In this document: positions 17,704 to 28,067 of the stretch, piece after piece
How the letters are laid out: each line of letters starts with the position of its first letter
Position numbering within the stretch: the first letter of the stretch is position 1
From: Dehalococcoidia bacterium
Lineage (GTDB): Bacteria; Chloroflexota; Dehalococcoidia; UBA2979
Assembly: GCA_965262725.1 (NCBI GenBank)
Contig: OZ253555.1
Span: 2,016,001 to 2,080,000 of the forward strand
Direction of reading: 5' to 3'
Length of the DNA stretch: 64,000 nt
Translations under genes and position numbers: made by a program
The notes under the pieces: model-generated
Database searches by the model: none
What the model was told of the DNA's origin: nothing
What the model saw: the letters and a program-made list of their open reading frames with translations, nothing else

Positions 17704-19812
17704 ATGAACACCCGCACACACACGGAGCTCGCGAGCTTCATCTGGAGCATCTGCAACCTGCTGCGGGGTCCCTACAAGCGCAACGAGTACCGCAAGGTCA
17801 TCCTCCCCCTCACCGTGCTCCGGCGCTTCGACTGCGTGCTCGACGGGACGAGGGAGGCCGTGCTCGCCGCCGACGAGGGCTACACCGGCGACAGCGCGAA
17901 CGTGCGCCGTCAGCTGCTCGAGGAGGCCTCGGGGCGGCCGTTCTACAACACGTCGAGGCTCGCCTTCGAGCGGCTGCTCGACGACCCGAACCAGATCGCG
18001 CAGAACCTCGGCCGCTACATCCGCGACTTCTCGGACAACGTCTTCGAGATCCTGCAGCGCTTCGGGTTCGAGGAGCACATCGCACGGATGGACGAGCGCA
18101 ACCTGCTCTACCAGGTCGTCCAGCGCTTCGCGAAGGTCGACCTCTCGCCGGAGCGCGTCGACAACGTCCAGATGGGCTACGTGTTCGAGGAGCTCATCCG
18201 CATCGGCGCCGAGCAGGCGAACGAGGAGGCCGGCGAGCACTTCACCCCGCGCGAGGTGATCCGGTTGATGGTCAGCCTCCTGCTCTCGCCCGAGCCCGAC
18301 CTCGGCAGGAGCCACGTCGTGAAGACGATCTACGACCCGGCCTGCGGGACCGGGGGCATGCTCTCGGTCTCCGAGGACTACCTGCGCGAGCACAACAGCG
18401 AGGCGCGCCCGTACCTGTACGGGCAGGACTTGAACGACGACGCCTGGGCCGTCTGCCGGTCGGACATGCTGATCAAGGGCGAGAACGCCGACAACATCAT
18501 CCTGGGCGACACCTTCTCGCGGGACGGGTACGCGCGTGGAGGCGGTGGCGGCCGCCCCTCGACCTTCGACTACATGCTCGCCAACCCGCCGTTCGGCGTG
18601 GAGTGGAAGCAGCAGGAGCAGGAGATCAAGCGGGAGCGCGACACGCTCGGCTACCAGGGGCGCTTCGGCGCGGGGCTCCCGAGGATCAACGACGGATCGC
18701 TGCTCTTCCTCCAGCACATGCTGTCGAAGATGCGGCCCGTCGACGAGGGCGGGAGCCGCATCGCCATCGTCTTCAACGGATCGCCGCTCTTCACCGGCGA
18801 CGCCGGCGGCGGCGAGAGCAGCATCCGCCGGTGGATCATCGAGAACGACTGGCTCGAGGCGATCGTGGCGCTGCCCGACCAGCTCTTCTACAACACGGGC
18901 ATCTCGACCTACATCTGGGTGCTGACCAACCGCAAGGAGCCGCGCCGGTTGGGCAGGGTGCAGCTCATCGACGGGCGCCGGTTCTTCGTGAAGATGCGCA
19001 GGAGCCTCGGCAACAAGCGCAACGAGCTGTCGGACGGGCAGATAGAGGATCTCACCCGCGTCCACGGCAACTTCGAGGACGGCGAGACGCGCGACCTCAT
19101 GGACGAGGACCCCGTCACGCACGAGCCGCGCACGCGGCCCCGCGTGGTGAGCAGGGTCTTCGCGAACGAGGACTTCGGCTACCGCAAGGTCACCGTCGAG
19201 CGGCCTCTGCGACTCAACTTCGCCGCCACCGAGGAGCGCATCGCGCTCATCGAGGACGAGAGGGCCTTCCAGAACCTTGCGAAGAGCAAGAAGCGCGCCG
19301 GCCCGGCGCACGACGCCGAGGTCGCCGGGGGTCAGGCCCGCCAGGAGGCGATCCGCGGACTGCTGCGCTCGCTCGCCAGCGAACCTGGCAACGAGGTGGT
19401 GGGCGACCGCGAGGCGTTCGTCGAACTGCTGCGCGGCGCCGAGGCGGGCGCTGGATTGAAGCTAGCGGTGCCGGAGCGCAAGGTCGTGCTGTCGGCGCTC
19501 GGCGAGCGCGACCCGGAGGCCGAGGTCTGCCGCGACCGCCGCGGCAACCCCGAGCCCGACACCGAGCTGCGCGACACCGAAACGGTACCGCTGCGCGAGG
19601 ATGTCGACACCTACATCGCGCGCGAGGTGCTGCCGCACGTACCGGACGCGTGGGTGGACGAGAGCAAGACCAAGGTCGGCTACGAGATCCCGCTCAACCG
19701 CCACTTCTACGTGTACGAACCGCCGCGCCCACTCGAGGAGATCGAGGCGGACCTGCAGGCCCTGGAGCGGGAGATCGCGGGCCTCCTGTCGGATGTCGTG
19801 CGGAACCCATAG
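17704..19812 (+). CDS. hsdM: type I restriction-modification methyltransferase subunit
   Basis: Motifs GEHFTPREVI, YDPACGTGGML and NPPF. Confidence 0.95.
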   Translation: MNTRTHTELASFIWSICNLLRGPYKRNEYRKVILPLTVLRRFDCVLDGTREAVLAADEGYTGDSANVRRQLLEEASGRPFYNTSRLAFERLLDDPNQIAQNLGRYIRDFSDNVFEILQRFGFEEHIARMDERNLLYQVVQRFAKVDLSPERVDNVQMGYVFEELIRIGAEQANEEAGEHFTPREVIRLMVSLLLSPEPDLGRSHVVKTIYDPACGTGGMLSVSEDYLREHNSEARPYLYGQDLNDDAWAVCRSDMLIKGENADNIILGDTFSRDGYARGGGGGRPSTFDYMLANPPFGVEWKQQEQEIKRERDTLGYQGRFGAGLPRINDGSLLFLQHMLSKMRPVDEGGSRIAIVFNGSPLFTGDAGGGESSIRRWIIENDWLEAIVALPDQLFYNTGISTYIWVLTNRKEPRRLGRVQLIDGRRFFVKMRRSLGNKRNELSDGQIEDLTRVHGNFEDGETRDLMDEDPVTHEPRTRPRVVSRVFANEDFGYRKVTVERPLRLNFAATEERIALIEDERAFQNLAKSKKRAGPAHDAEVAGGQARQEAIRGLLRSLASEPGNEVVGDREAFVELLRGAEAGAGLKLAVPERKVVLSALGERDPEAEVCRDRRGNPEPDTELRDTETVPLREDVDTYIAREVLPHVPDAWVDESKTKVGYEIPLNRHFYVYEPPRPLEEIEADLQALEREIAGLLSDVVRNP

Positions 19813-19858
19813 CGTGACCAGGAGGCATCGAGCCGGCATGAATCGGGCTGCCTGAGCG

Positions 19859-20059
19859 ATGCCGAGGGTGCGGGACGCGATCCGGATAGTGGAGCGCGAC
19901 GGCTGGTACCATGTCACCACGCGCGGGAGCCACCGCCAGTTCCGCCACGCCGTGAAGCCGGGCAAGGTCACGATTCCCGGGAGACTGAGCGAAGACGTGG
20001 GGCCGAAGCTCTGGGCCAGTTTGATGAATCAGGCCGGCCTCAGGAGAGAACGTCGATGA
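19859..20059 (+). CDS. hicA: HicA toxin
   Basis: 66 aa with RGSHRQFRH..KPGKVTIP. Confidence 0.9.
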   Translation: MPRVRDAIRIVERDGWYHVTTRGSHRQFRHAVKPGKVTIPGRLSEDVGPKLWASLMNQAGLRRERR

Positions 20060-20397
20060 AGCTGACGTATGCCGTCGTCTTCGAGCAGACGCCCAACAAC
20101 TACGGCGCCTACGTGCCGGACGTGCCGGGCTGCGTCAGCACCGGCAAGACCTGGGACGAGATGCTGGCGATGATTCGCGAGGCGCTCGTCTTCCATCTTG
20201 AGGCGATGCTGGAGGACGGCGAACCGCTCCCCGCGCCGAAGATGTCCATCGACGACGCCATCGCTCACCACAGCGAGCCTATCCCCGAGGACGTGCTCAG
20301 CTCGTACCGCGAGTTCGGCGAGCCGTCACCCACGATCTCGACCCGGTTCGAGTTGGTCGAGATCGTGGTTCCCGCCCTGCAGCCCGAGGCTGTGTAG
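20056..20397 (+). CDS. hicB: HicB antitoxin
   Basis: YGAYVPDVPGCVSTGKT...IREAL, with an ATGA overlap with hicA. Confidence 0.9.
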   Translation: MKLTYAVVFEQTPNNYGAYVPDVPGCVSTGKTWDEMLAMIREALVFHLEAMLEDGEPLPAPKMSIDDAIAHHSEPIPEDVLSSYREFGEPSPTISTRFELVEIVVPALQPEAV

Positions 20398-20420
20398 GCC
20401 CCGCCCGCCTCGCCGACGGC

Positions 20421-21884
20421 ATGACTCAGCAGCCCGACTCCGAAGGCGCTCCCTCCGTCCTACCGGCCTTGAAGATCGCCGAGCCCGAGGTCGACGCCGA
20501 GAACCCGTGGGGCGACGACGTGCTCGGACGTAAGGAGATCGCGGACCGCCTGACGACCATTGTCCGAGGGCAGGAAGCGCCGTTCGTCATCAGCGTCGAC
20601 GGGCAGTGGGGGACCGGAAAGACGTTCCTCCTCAAGCGCTGGCAGCAGGATCTCGAGAACCAGGGCTGGCAAGCGATCTACTACAACGCGTGGGAGGACG
20701 ACTTCGCTGGCGACCCGCTGCTCTCGGTTACGGGGCAGCTCGCCGAGCACTTCACGAAGGCGTCTCTTCGGGCGAAGGCACGGAACCTGGGTCGGCTGGT
20801 CGCGCCCTTTGTGCAGCCCGTCGCTTCGACGGCTTCGATCGCCACGATCGGGGTCCCCGTCCCTAACGTCCGCCGCCCCCAGCAGACACCGCCCAATCAC
20901 TTGGCGGACTATCGGGAGAAGCGAGCAGCCAAGGATGACCTGAAGAAGCACCTCGCCGAGCTCGCAGCCGACGTGCGCGCGGCAACGAGCCAGCCACTGG
21001 TCTTCATCATCGACGAGCTCGACCGCTGCCGACCGACGTTTGCCATCCAACTGCTGGAGCGGGTCAAGCACATCTTCGATGTAACGAACATCGTGTTCGT
21101 CTTTGGCATCAACCGCGGCGAGCTCGTGAAGTCGCTCGAGTCGGTCTACGGAAAAATCGACGCCGGAACCTACCTTCGGCGATTCTTCGACATGGAGTTC
21201 GTCTTGACTGCTCCTGAACCAGCAGAGTTCTGTCGGAATCTGGTCAAGAGATATCAACTCGATGCCTTCTTCTCCGATCTGGCCAAGACTGAGAACGACG
21301 ATTCCCACTTCAGAGACTTCCGGGGCGTCTTCGAGACGTTTCCGTTCGTTCTCGGCACGATGGGATTGTCGCTCCGCGACATGGACTACTGCGTGCGTTT
21401 GCTGTCGTTGGCAACGCGCGACATGCGACCAGGCCAGTTCCGCTACGCGGAGCTCTTAACGGTGCTTATTGCAGTGAAGGTTACGAATCAGGACCTGTAC
21501 AGGCGCTTCGTCGATGGAACAGCCCGTGGAGCGGATGTCATCGACTACATGAACACGCGCAGGGGATCGCGGGATGTCGGTGCTCCGTATCGATCACAGA
21601 TCGCGACAGCCGAGATCGACCGTGTCGAGGCAATCTTGTACTGCGCCGACGGCGGGGGCGTAGTAAGTAACCAGATCGATGCGCTGATGAACGGTTGGCC
21701 CTTGGACCACCCCCACTACCTCGCGGCTCACCACCTCCGTCTGAACCAGGGGCGCGACATCGAAAAACAACAACTGCTGCAGCTGAGAGCCAACGTACAG
21801 GGATGCGCGGATCGCAACTATCCGGCCGTCCTCGCAGCGCTAGCCCAGGGCGTAGATATCCACGACGGCTTTGTGAGGCCTTAG
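20421..21884 (+). CDS. KAP-family P-loop NTPase
   Basis: Motifs GQWGTGKT, YNAW, FIIDELDRCRP and YLRRFFD. Confidence 0.9.
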   Translation: MTQQPDSEGAPSVLPALKIAEPEVDAENPWGDDVLGRKEIADRLTTIVRGQEAPFVISVDGQWGTGKTFLLKRWQQDLENQGWQAIYYNAWEDDFAGDPLLSVTGQLAEHFTKASLRAKARNLGRLVAPFVQPVASTASIATIGVPVPNVRRPQQTPPNHLADYREKRAAKDDLKKHLAELAADVRAATSQPLVFIIDELDRCRPTFAIQLLERVKHIFDVTNIVFVFGINRGELVKSLESVYGKIDAGTYLRRFFDMEFVLTAPEPAEFCRNLVKRYQLDAFFSDLAKTENDDSHFRDFRGVFETFPFVLGTMGLSLRDMDYCVRLLSLATRDMRPGQFRYAELLTVLIAVKVTNQDLYRRFVDGTARGADVIDYMNTRRGSRDVGAPYRSQIATAEIDRVEAILYCADGGGVVSNQIDALMNGWPLDHPHYLAAHHLRLNQGRDIEKQQLLQLRANVQGCADRNYPAVLAALAQGVDIHDGFVRP

Positions 21885-21887
21885 TCC

Positions 21888-23273
21888 GTGCGCGCCTACT
21901 CCCGCTACCGCAACTCCGGCGTCGGGTGGCTCGGCGAGGTACCAGAGCACTGGGAGACGAAGCGACTCAAGCTCGTGGCGTCGACGAACGACGAGACGCT
22001 CTCTGAGAGCGAAGACCCGCTGCGCCCAATCGCATACGTCGACATCGGCTCGATCGATTCGACCATCGGGATCACCGAGATGGAGGAGATGGTCTTCGAG
22101 GACGCTCCGTCGCGGGCCCGCCGGTTGGTACGCGATGGAGACACGATCGTCTCCACCGTCAGGACTTATCTGCGCGCGATCGCACCAGTGTCGGCGCCAC
22201 CGCCGGAAATGGTGGTTTCGACCGGCTTCGCGGTGATCCGGCCGCGAGTGCTGGCCCCGGGCTTCGCTTCCTGGGCCTTGCGAGAGCAGGGGATCGTCGA
22301 GGAGATCGTCGCGCGCTCCACTGGCGTGAGCTATCCGGCGATCAATGCTTCGGAGATCGGCGATCTTCCTATCACGCTCCCACCCCTCGACGAACAGCGC
22401 GCCATCGCCGCGTACCTCGACCGGGAGACGGAGCGCATCGACGCGCTGGTGGCCAAGAAGCGGGTGCTCATCGAGCGGCTCGAGGAGTACCGCACGGCGC
22501 TGATCAGGCGCACAGTGACGCGCGGCCTCCCGCGCGAGGCCGCCCGCGCCGCCGGTCTCGACCCCTCGCCACGCTTCAAGCCCTCGGGCGTCGAGTGGCT
22601 CGGCGACGTGCCGGAACACTGGGAGGTTCAGCGGTTACGCGATTGCAGTCTCATACAGACCGGACCATTCGGCAGCCAGCTTCACGCTGACGAGTACATC
22701 TCCGGCGGAACACCGATCATCAATCCCGCCAATGTCGTTGAGGGTCGTCTAGCTCCCGACGATGAGGTGACCATTCCCTCTACCAGGGCGGGCGATCTGG
22801 CCCGTCATGCCTTCAAGGCCGGCGACATCGCTTTCGGGCGTCGTGGCGAAATGGCGCGCGTTGCAGTCGTGCAGCCATGTGATTTGCCTGCCCTATGCGG
22901 GACGGGGTGTCTCCGAATAGATCCCCACCGGCAGCGTGTCGAGCCATCGTTCCTGTTGCGCGCACTCGGCTTGGGCGCGTTGCGCGATTGGCTCGAGTTG
23001 GTTGCAGTCGGGTCGACACTAGCGAACCTGAACGAACGAATCGTCGGAAGAATACCTATCGCCCTGCCGCCATTTCGTGAGCAACGGGCTATCGCCACCT
23101 ACCTCGACCAAGAAGCGAGCATGCTCGCCGAACTGGTCAACCGCGCTGAGGCAGCCATTGAGCGGTTGCAGGAGTATCGGACCGCACTAATCACGGCGGC
23201 GGTCACCGGGAAGATCGACGTGCGAGAATCCAAGACGCACCCGAAGCGTGCCGCAGGAATCAGATCCCCATGA
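21888..23273 (+). CDS. hsdS: type I restriction-modification specificity subunit
   Basis: Repeated SGV.WLG.VPEHWE and LPP..EQRAIA.YLD conserved regions flank two target recognition domains. Confidence 0.95.
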   Translation: MRAYSRYRNSGVGWLGEVPEHWETKRLKLVASTNDETLSESEDPLRPIAYVDIGSIDSTIGITEMEEMVFEDAPSRARRLVRDGDTIVSTVRTYLRAIAPVSAPPPEMVVSTGFAVIRPRVLAPGFASWALREQGIVEEIVARSTGVSYPAINASEIGDLPITLPPLDEQRAIAAYLDRETERIDALVAKKRVLIERLEEYRTALIRRTVTRGLPREAARAAGLDPSPRFKPSGVEWLGDVPEHWEVQRLRDCSLIQTGPFGSQLHADEYISGGTPIINPANVVEGRLAPDDEVTIPSTRAGDLARHAFKAGDIAFGRRGEMARVAVVQPCDLPALCGTGCLRIDPHRQRVEPSFLLRALGLGALRDWLELVAVGSTLANLNERIVGRIPIALPPFREQRAIATYLDQEASMLAELVNRAEAAIERLQEYRTALITAAVTGKIDVRESKTHPKRAAGIRSP

Positions 23274-26200
23274 CCACACAAACCACCGAGCAGGCCTTCG
23301 AGACTACCGTCGAGTCGATGCTCCTCGGCAGCAGCTGGCGAGCGGGCGACCTCGCCGAGTGGGACGTGGACCGGGCGCTGTTCCCAGATCGCGTCGTCGC
23401 CTTCATCCGAGACACGCAGCCCGACGAGTGGGCGCGAGTGGCCAACCTGTACGGCGACGACCTTGAAGCGCGCATCGTCGAGATCCTCGCGCGGGAGCTG
23501 GACACCAAGGGCGTGCTCGACGTGCTGCGCCACGGCTTCCGCTTCTCCGGCCGGACGTTCCGACTCGCCTACTTCGCGCCGGCGTACGGCCTCAACCCGG
23601 ACGCCCTCGCCCGCTTCGAGCGCAACGAGCTGACCGTCACGCGGCAGACCCCATGCCACCCGGGCAAGGGCGACACGCTCGACCTCGTCTTCGCGCTCAA
23701 CGGCGTGCCGGTCGCGACCTGCGAGCTCAAGAACCCGATGACCGGCCAGAGCTGGCGCGACGCCGTCCGCCAGTACCAGCGCGACCGCGACCCCAACGCG
23801 CCGCTCTTCCGCTTCAGGCGCCGCGCCCTCGTCCACTTCGCCGCCGATCCCGACGAGGTCCACATGACGACGCGCCTCGCCGGCGACGCCACGCGTTTCC
23901 TGCCGTTCAATCGCGGCAGTAACCCCGGCGGCGTCCACTGCGGCGCCGGCAACCCGGCCAACGCCGACGGCTACCGCACGGACTACTTCTGGAGGGGCGT
24001 GCTCGAACGCGAGCGATTCCTCGACATCCTCGGCAACTACGTTTTCATCGAGACGCGCGAGGAGAAGGTCGCCGACGGCGCGGGCGCCCGCACGGTGAAG
24101 CGCGAGACGATGATCTTCCCGCGCTATCACCAGCTCGATGCCGTCAACGGGCTCGTTGAGGCGGCTCGTGCCGAGGGCTCGGGGCGGAACTACCTCGTCC
24201 AGCATTCGGCCGGCAGCGGCAAGACGAACAGCATCTCGTGGCTCTCGCACCGCCTCGCGAGCCTGCACACCGCCGCCGCCGAGAAGGTCTTCGACTGCGT
24301 CGTCGTCATCACGGACCGCCGCGTCCTCGACCGCCAGCTGCAGGACGCCATCTACCAGATCGAGCACGCCCAGGGCGTGGTGAAGGCCATCGACCAGGAC
24401 TCGCAGCAGCTCGCGCAAGCACTCATCGACGGAACCAAGATCGTCATCACGACGCTCCAGAAGTTCCCCTTCGTGATGACGGGCCTTCTCCGCGCCGCCA
24501 GCGCCGAGTCGGTCGCCGCGCCCTCTGAGACCGAGCGCGCTCAGGCCGCCGCGTGGCGCGAGACGATCGCCGGGCGCCGCTACGCGGTCATCGTCGATGA
24601 GGCGCACTCGAGCCAGACGGGGGAGAGCGCGCGAGAGATGAAGGCGGTGCTCGGGTCGCGTGCGCAGGGGTCTTCCGGCGACGCCGAGGACTGGGAGGAT
24701 GGCCTCAACGCCGTCGTCGAGTCACGCGGCCCGCAGCCAAATATCTCGTTCTTCGCGTTCACGGCGACCCCGAAGGGCAAGACGATCGAGCTCTTCGGCC
24801 GGCCGGGACCGACCGGGAAGCCGGAGCCCTTCCACGTCTACAGCATGCGCCAGGCGATCGAGGAGGGCTTCATCCTCGACGTGCTGCAGCACTACATCGA
24901 CTACGACACGTACTTCCAGATCGCGAAGAAGGCCGACGCCGACCCGGAGCTCCCGAAGCGCCGCACGGCCGTCGCGCTCGCCAAGTTCCTGAGCCTGCAC
25001 CCGGTCAACGTGGCGCAGCGCACCGAGGTCATCGTCGAGCACTTCCGCGAGCACGTTCGCCACCACATGGGCGGCCGCGCGAAGGCGATGGTGGTCACCT
25101 CGTCGAGGCTGAGCGCGGTGCGCTACATGCAGGCCTTCCAGCGCTACATCGCCGAGCGCGGCTACGACGACGTGCGCCCCCTCGTCGCGTTCAGCGGCAG
25201 CGTCCACGATCCGGACACGGGCGAGGAGTTCACAGAGCCCGGCATGAACGTCGACGTGGTGACGGGGAGGCCGATCGGCGAGTCGGCGCTCCCCGAGAGA
25301 TTCGCCTCGCCGGACTACCAGATCCTGCTCGTGGCCGAGAAGTACCAGACCGGCTTCGACCAGCCGCTGCTGCAGGCGATGTACGTCGACAAGCGCCTCG
25401 ATGGCGTGCAGGCGGTGCAGACGCTCTCCCGCCTCAACCGCATCGCGCCGGGGAAGGCGCCGCCCTTCGTCCTCGACTTCGTGAACGACGCCGAGGGGAT
25501 CCGCGCGGCCTTCGGGCCGTACTACGACCGCACGGAGCTCCGGGCCGCTTCGGACCCGTACCGGCTCCAGCAGCTGAAGCACGAGCTCGACGGCATGCAG
25601 GTCTACCACCATGTCGAGGTCGAGGCGTTCGCGAAGGTCTTCTACCTCCCGCGAGCGAAGCGCCGCCCAGGCGATCACGCGCGCATGGAGGCGCAGCTGC
25701 AGCCCTCCCGGGACCGCTTCCGCGCGCTCGGCGAGGATGGGCAGACGGCGTTCCGCGACCGCCTCGGCGCGTTCGCCGGCCTCTACGCCTTCCTGAGCCA
25801 GATCATTCCCTACGGCGACGGCGACCTCGAGCGCCTCGCCTCGTTCGGCCGGGCGCTCCTCCCGCACCTCCGGACGGATCGCGCCGACGGCGCGGTGCAC
25901 ATCGGCGACGACGTGGAGCTCGAGTACTACCGCCTCCAGCGCGTCTCGACCGGCGCGGTCGCCATCGGCGACGAGGGGGGCGTGTCTGTCACGAGCCCGA
26001 CCGAGGTCGGGACGGGCGATCCCGAGGAGACGCGCGCACCGCTCTCGGAGATCATCGATCGGCTCAACGACCGGTTCGGCACGGACTTCACCGATGAGGA
26101 TCGGCTCTTCTTCGCGCAGGTCAAGGAGCGCGCCGTGAGCGACGAGGAGGTGCGCAGCCTGGCCCGGGCAAACCCGTTCGACAAGTTCGCTCTCGGCGTC

Positions 26201-26347
26201 CGCGACAGGATCGGAGAGCTCATGATGGAGCGGATGCAGGGGAACGACGCCATCGTGACGCGCTTCCTCGACGACACGGAATTCCAGGAGATCGCCGCGG
26301 ACGTGCTGGCGCGCGAGATCTTCGCGGAAGTCGGAGCGGCCGGCTGA
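23270..26347 (+). CDS. hsdR: type I restriction-modification restriction subunit
   Basis: DLV...ELK nuclease motif, HSAGSGKT, DEAH, FTATP and QTLSRLNR. Confidence 0.95.
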   Translation: MTTQTTEQAFETTVESMLLGSSWRAGDLAEWDVDRALFPDRVVAFIRDTQPDEWARVANLYGDDLEARIVEILARELDTKGVLDVLRHGFRFSGRTFRLAYFAPAYGLNPDALARFERNELTVTRQTPCHPGKGDTLDLVFALNGVPVATCELKNPMTGQSWRDAVRQYQRDRDPNAPLFRFRRRALVHFAADPDEVHMTTRLAGDATRFLPFNRGSNPGGVHCGAGNPANADGYRTDYFWRGVLERERFLDILGNYVFIETREEKVADGAGARTVKRETMIFPRYHQLDAVNGLVEAARAEGSGRNYLVQHSAGSGKTNSISWLSHRLASLHTAAAEKVFDCVVVITDRRVLDRQLQDAIYQIEHAQGVVKAIDQDSQQLAQALIDGTKIVITTLQKFPFVMTGLLRAASAESVAAPSETERAQAAAWRETIAGRRYAVIVDEAHSSQTGESAREMKAVLGSRAQGSSGDAEDWEDGLNAVVESRGPQPNISFFAFTATPKGKTIELFGRPGPTGKPEPFHVYSMRQAIEEGFILDVLQHYIDYDTYFQIAKKADADPELPKRRTAVALAKFLSLHPVNVAQRTEVIVEHFREHVRHHMGGRAKAMVVTSSRLSAVRYMQAFQRYIAERGYDDVRPLVAFSGSVHDPDTGEEFTEPGMNVDVVTGRPIGESALPERFASPDYQILLVAEKYQTGFDQPLLQAMYVDKRLDGVQAVQTLSRLNRIAPGKAPPFVLDFVNDAEGIRAAFGPYYDRTELRAASDPYRLQQLKHELDGMQVYHHVEVEAFAKVFYLPRAKRRPGDHARMEAQLQPSRDRFRALGEDGQTAFRDRLGAFAGLYAFLSQIIPYGDGDLERLASFGRALLPHLRTDRADGAVHIGDDVELEYYRLQRVSTGAVAIGDEGGVSVTSPTEVGTGDPEETRAPLSEIIDRLNDRFGTDFTDEDRLFFAQVKERAVSDEEVRSLARANPFDKFALGVRDRIGELMMERMQGNDAIVTRFLDDTEFQEIAADVLAREIFAEVGAAG

Positions 26348-26538
26348 GCCGGGACCTGAGCGTTCCCCGTGTCCCTCCAACGGGCCATCGGGGCGCGTCG
26401 CCCCCTGGCTCACGGGGCCGGGTGGGTAGCAGGACCGTCGCCGAAGCGGCGGAGCGCTGCCACTCAGCGTGTCCACAGCTGCTCGCGTGCCTGCCACTCG
26501 GCGCACATCACCGCGTCGAGCACCCCCTCGGCGCGCTC

Positions 26539-26595
26539 GCCCCGACCAGGATCGCGACCACGGCGATCGCCGCCCACCCGTGTCGCCTCCGGCGG
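26539..26595. repeat. 57-bp direct repeat, with second copy at 55816-55872
   Basis: GCCCCGA(C/G)CAGGATCGCGACCACGGCGATCGCCGCCCACC...GTCGCCTCCGGCGG, 3 mismatches by eye. Confidence 0.8.
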
Positions 26596-26690
26596 ACCAC
26601 GACCGTGACGGCTTCCACCGCGACCGACTCGGGCCGTCCGCAGTCGGCGGCGACCAGCAGCGCCTTGGCTTCGGCCGCAACCTGCGGCGC

Positions 26691-26939
26691 CTAGGCGAAG
26701 ACCGACTCGGACGAGCCCGCCCTCCTCGCCAGTACCAGCATCAAGTCGTCACCGTGGTCGTCGTAGGCGGCGAGGCCCTCCTCAGGGATCTCGCCTTCGA
26801 CGGCGAGGGATCTCCGCAGCTTCTTGAGCTTGAGGGCGTCGTCCTGGAGGGTGTTCTGATAGGCCATGAGTACGAACGCCACCGGGTGGGTCGGAACACC
26901 TGCGCCCGACCCGATCTTGAGCACTTCCGTGGGAACCAA
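26691..26939 (-). pseudogene. probable C-terminal remnant of an ICE-type helicase/methylase
   Basis: YQNTLQDDAL...SLAVEGEIPEEGLAAY..GDDLMLVLAR resembles the tails of such helicases as recalled. Not confirmed by a search. Confidence 0.35.
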
Positions 26940-26975
26940 CTCTGGCGCGTGCCTGCCATCGTCGACGGGCAGTAG

Positions 26976-27974
26976 CTACGGCCTCAGGTTCAACTTGCCG
27001 AGGAGCGCCTCAACCGGCATGGTGTTCTTTGGTATGAACTTTCTCGCACCGCTGGCTGGGTCCTCACGTTTGATGAAGTAACGATCGAAGGCCCGGACAT
27101 CACTCGTCTTGCCTGTCCTGTATAGCTCGTACAACCATCGGATTAGAGCGCGAAACGCCTCTTCATCGTCTGAGTAGCTCAATAGTTCGGAGGACTGTGC
27201 CGACCATTTTGTTTCAGTCTTGGCTGGGCCATCATGAGTGACGGTCACACCAAATGTTCCCGTCTCGCTGTACTTTCTCTGTTCCGTGCGTTTCGTCGTG
27301 ATGTTGACCCATGTCAATAGTCCTCCAGTTAGGATCACGGCGACGTTCGGAGATAGTTCATCACCAATCTCATGGGTGAACTCCAAGAAAGCCTTCATGA
27401 GTGAATCAGTGTTCATCTGCACCGATCCGGCTATGATGAATCCGAGAATCTCCCTTGTCTCGTCAGGACCGTCCTGCTTCGTAATGTCAACTATGGACGG
27501 ATTCTGTAGATTGCCGTAGCTTCGCTCCAGCACTATCGGCTCTCCTGTTGTCGGGTGAGGCATGAAGTCATGCACAGGGTAGCGCTGTAGCCGTTTGACT
27601 GACGCAATCTTCTTGAACTCGTCCTTGAGCAGCGGCTTGGTAAGAACGCTCTTCACTTGACCAACGGCAATGACCCCCTCGCAAGGGTAGTACGTCGTGC
27701 CAGGTGTGTTGTTAATGGAGAGCACCGGGCAGATGTCCTTTTCATACAACACTACATCTGTCTGTGAGCTGGTGGCCCCATTGCTATCTATCACAAACCC
27801 CGATCCGACGCCGATTCCCCTCGGGAGAATCTGCTCCAACTGGTCCCTTACAGGAGATTCCATGGCGTCGCCCACAGCCGACGGCGAAGTGGCCGCACGA
27901 GCATTCTCGAACTGCTCGACAAGCCTCGTCCCGATACGGGCGATAAACCTGTCTACGTCGAATGTGTTGTCCAC
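26976..27974 (-). CDS. DUF6602-like putative nuclease-domain protein
   Basis: GDAMESPVR..L..ILP..IGVGSGFVIDS.G..SSQTDVVLY...GQVKS. Visibly lower GC than its flanks. Confidence 0.7.
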   Translation of the reverse strand: MDNTFDVDRFIARIGTRLVEQFENARAATSPSAVGDAMESPVRDQLEQILPRGIGVGSGFVIDSNGATSSQTDVVLYEKDICPVLSINNTPGTTYYPCEGVIAVGQVKSVLTKPLLKDEFKKIASVKRLQRYPVHDFMPHPTTGEPIVLERSYGNLQNPSIVDITKQDGPDETREILGFIIAGSVQMNTDSLMKAFLEFTHEIGDELSPNVAVILTGGLLTWVNITTKRTEQRKYSETGTFGVTVTHDGPAKTETKWSAQSSELLSYSDDEEAFRALIRWLYELYRTGKTSDVRAFDRYFIKREDPASGARKFIPKNTMPVEALLGKLNLRP

Positions 27975-28067
27975 CGTCGTACTTCCATCGGCGCGCTAGC
28001 TCAACAACGGCGGCGAGTAGCACTCGCTCCCGAGCAGTCCAGAGCCTCATTCAGTGTAGGTCGGGGC

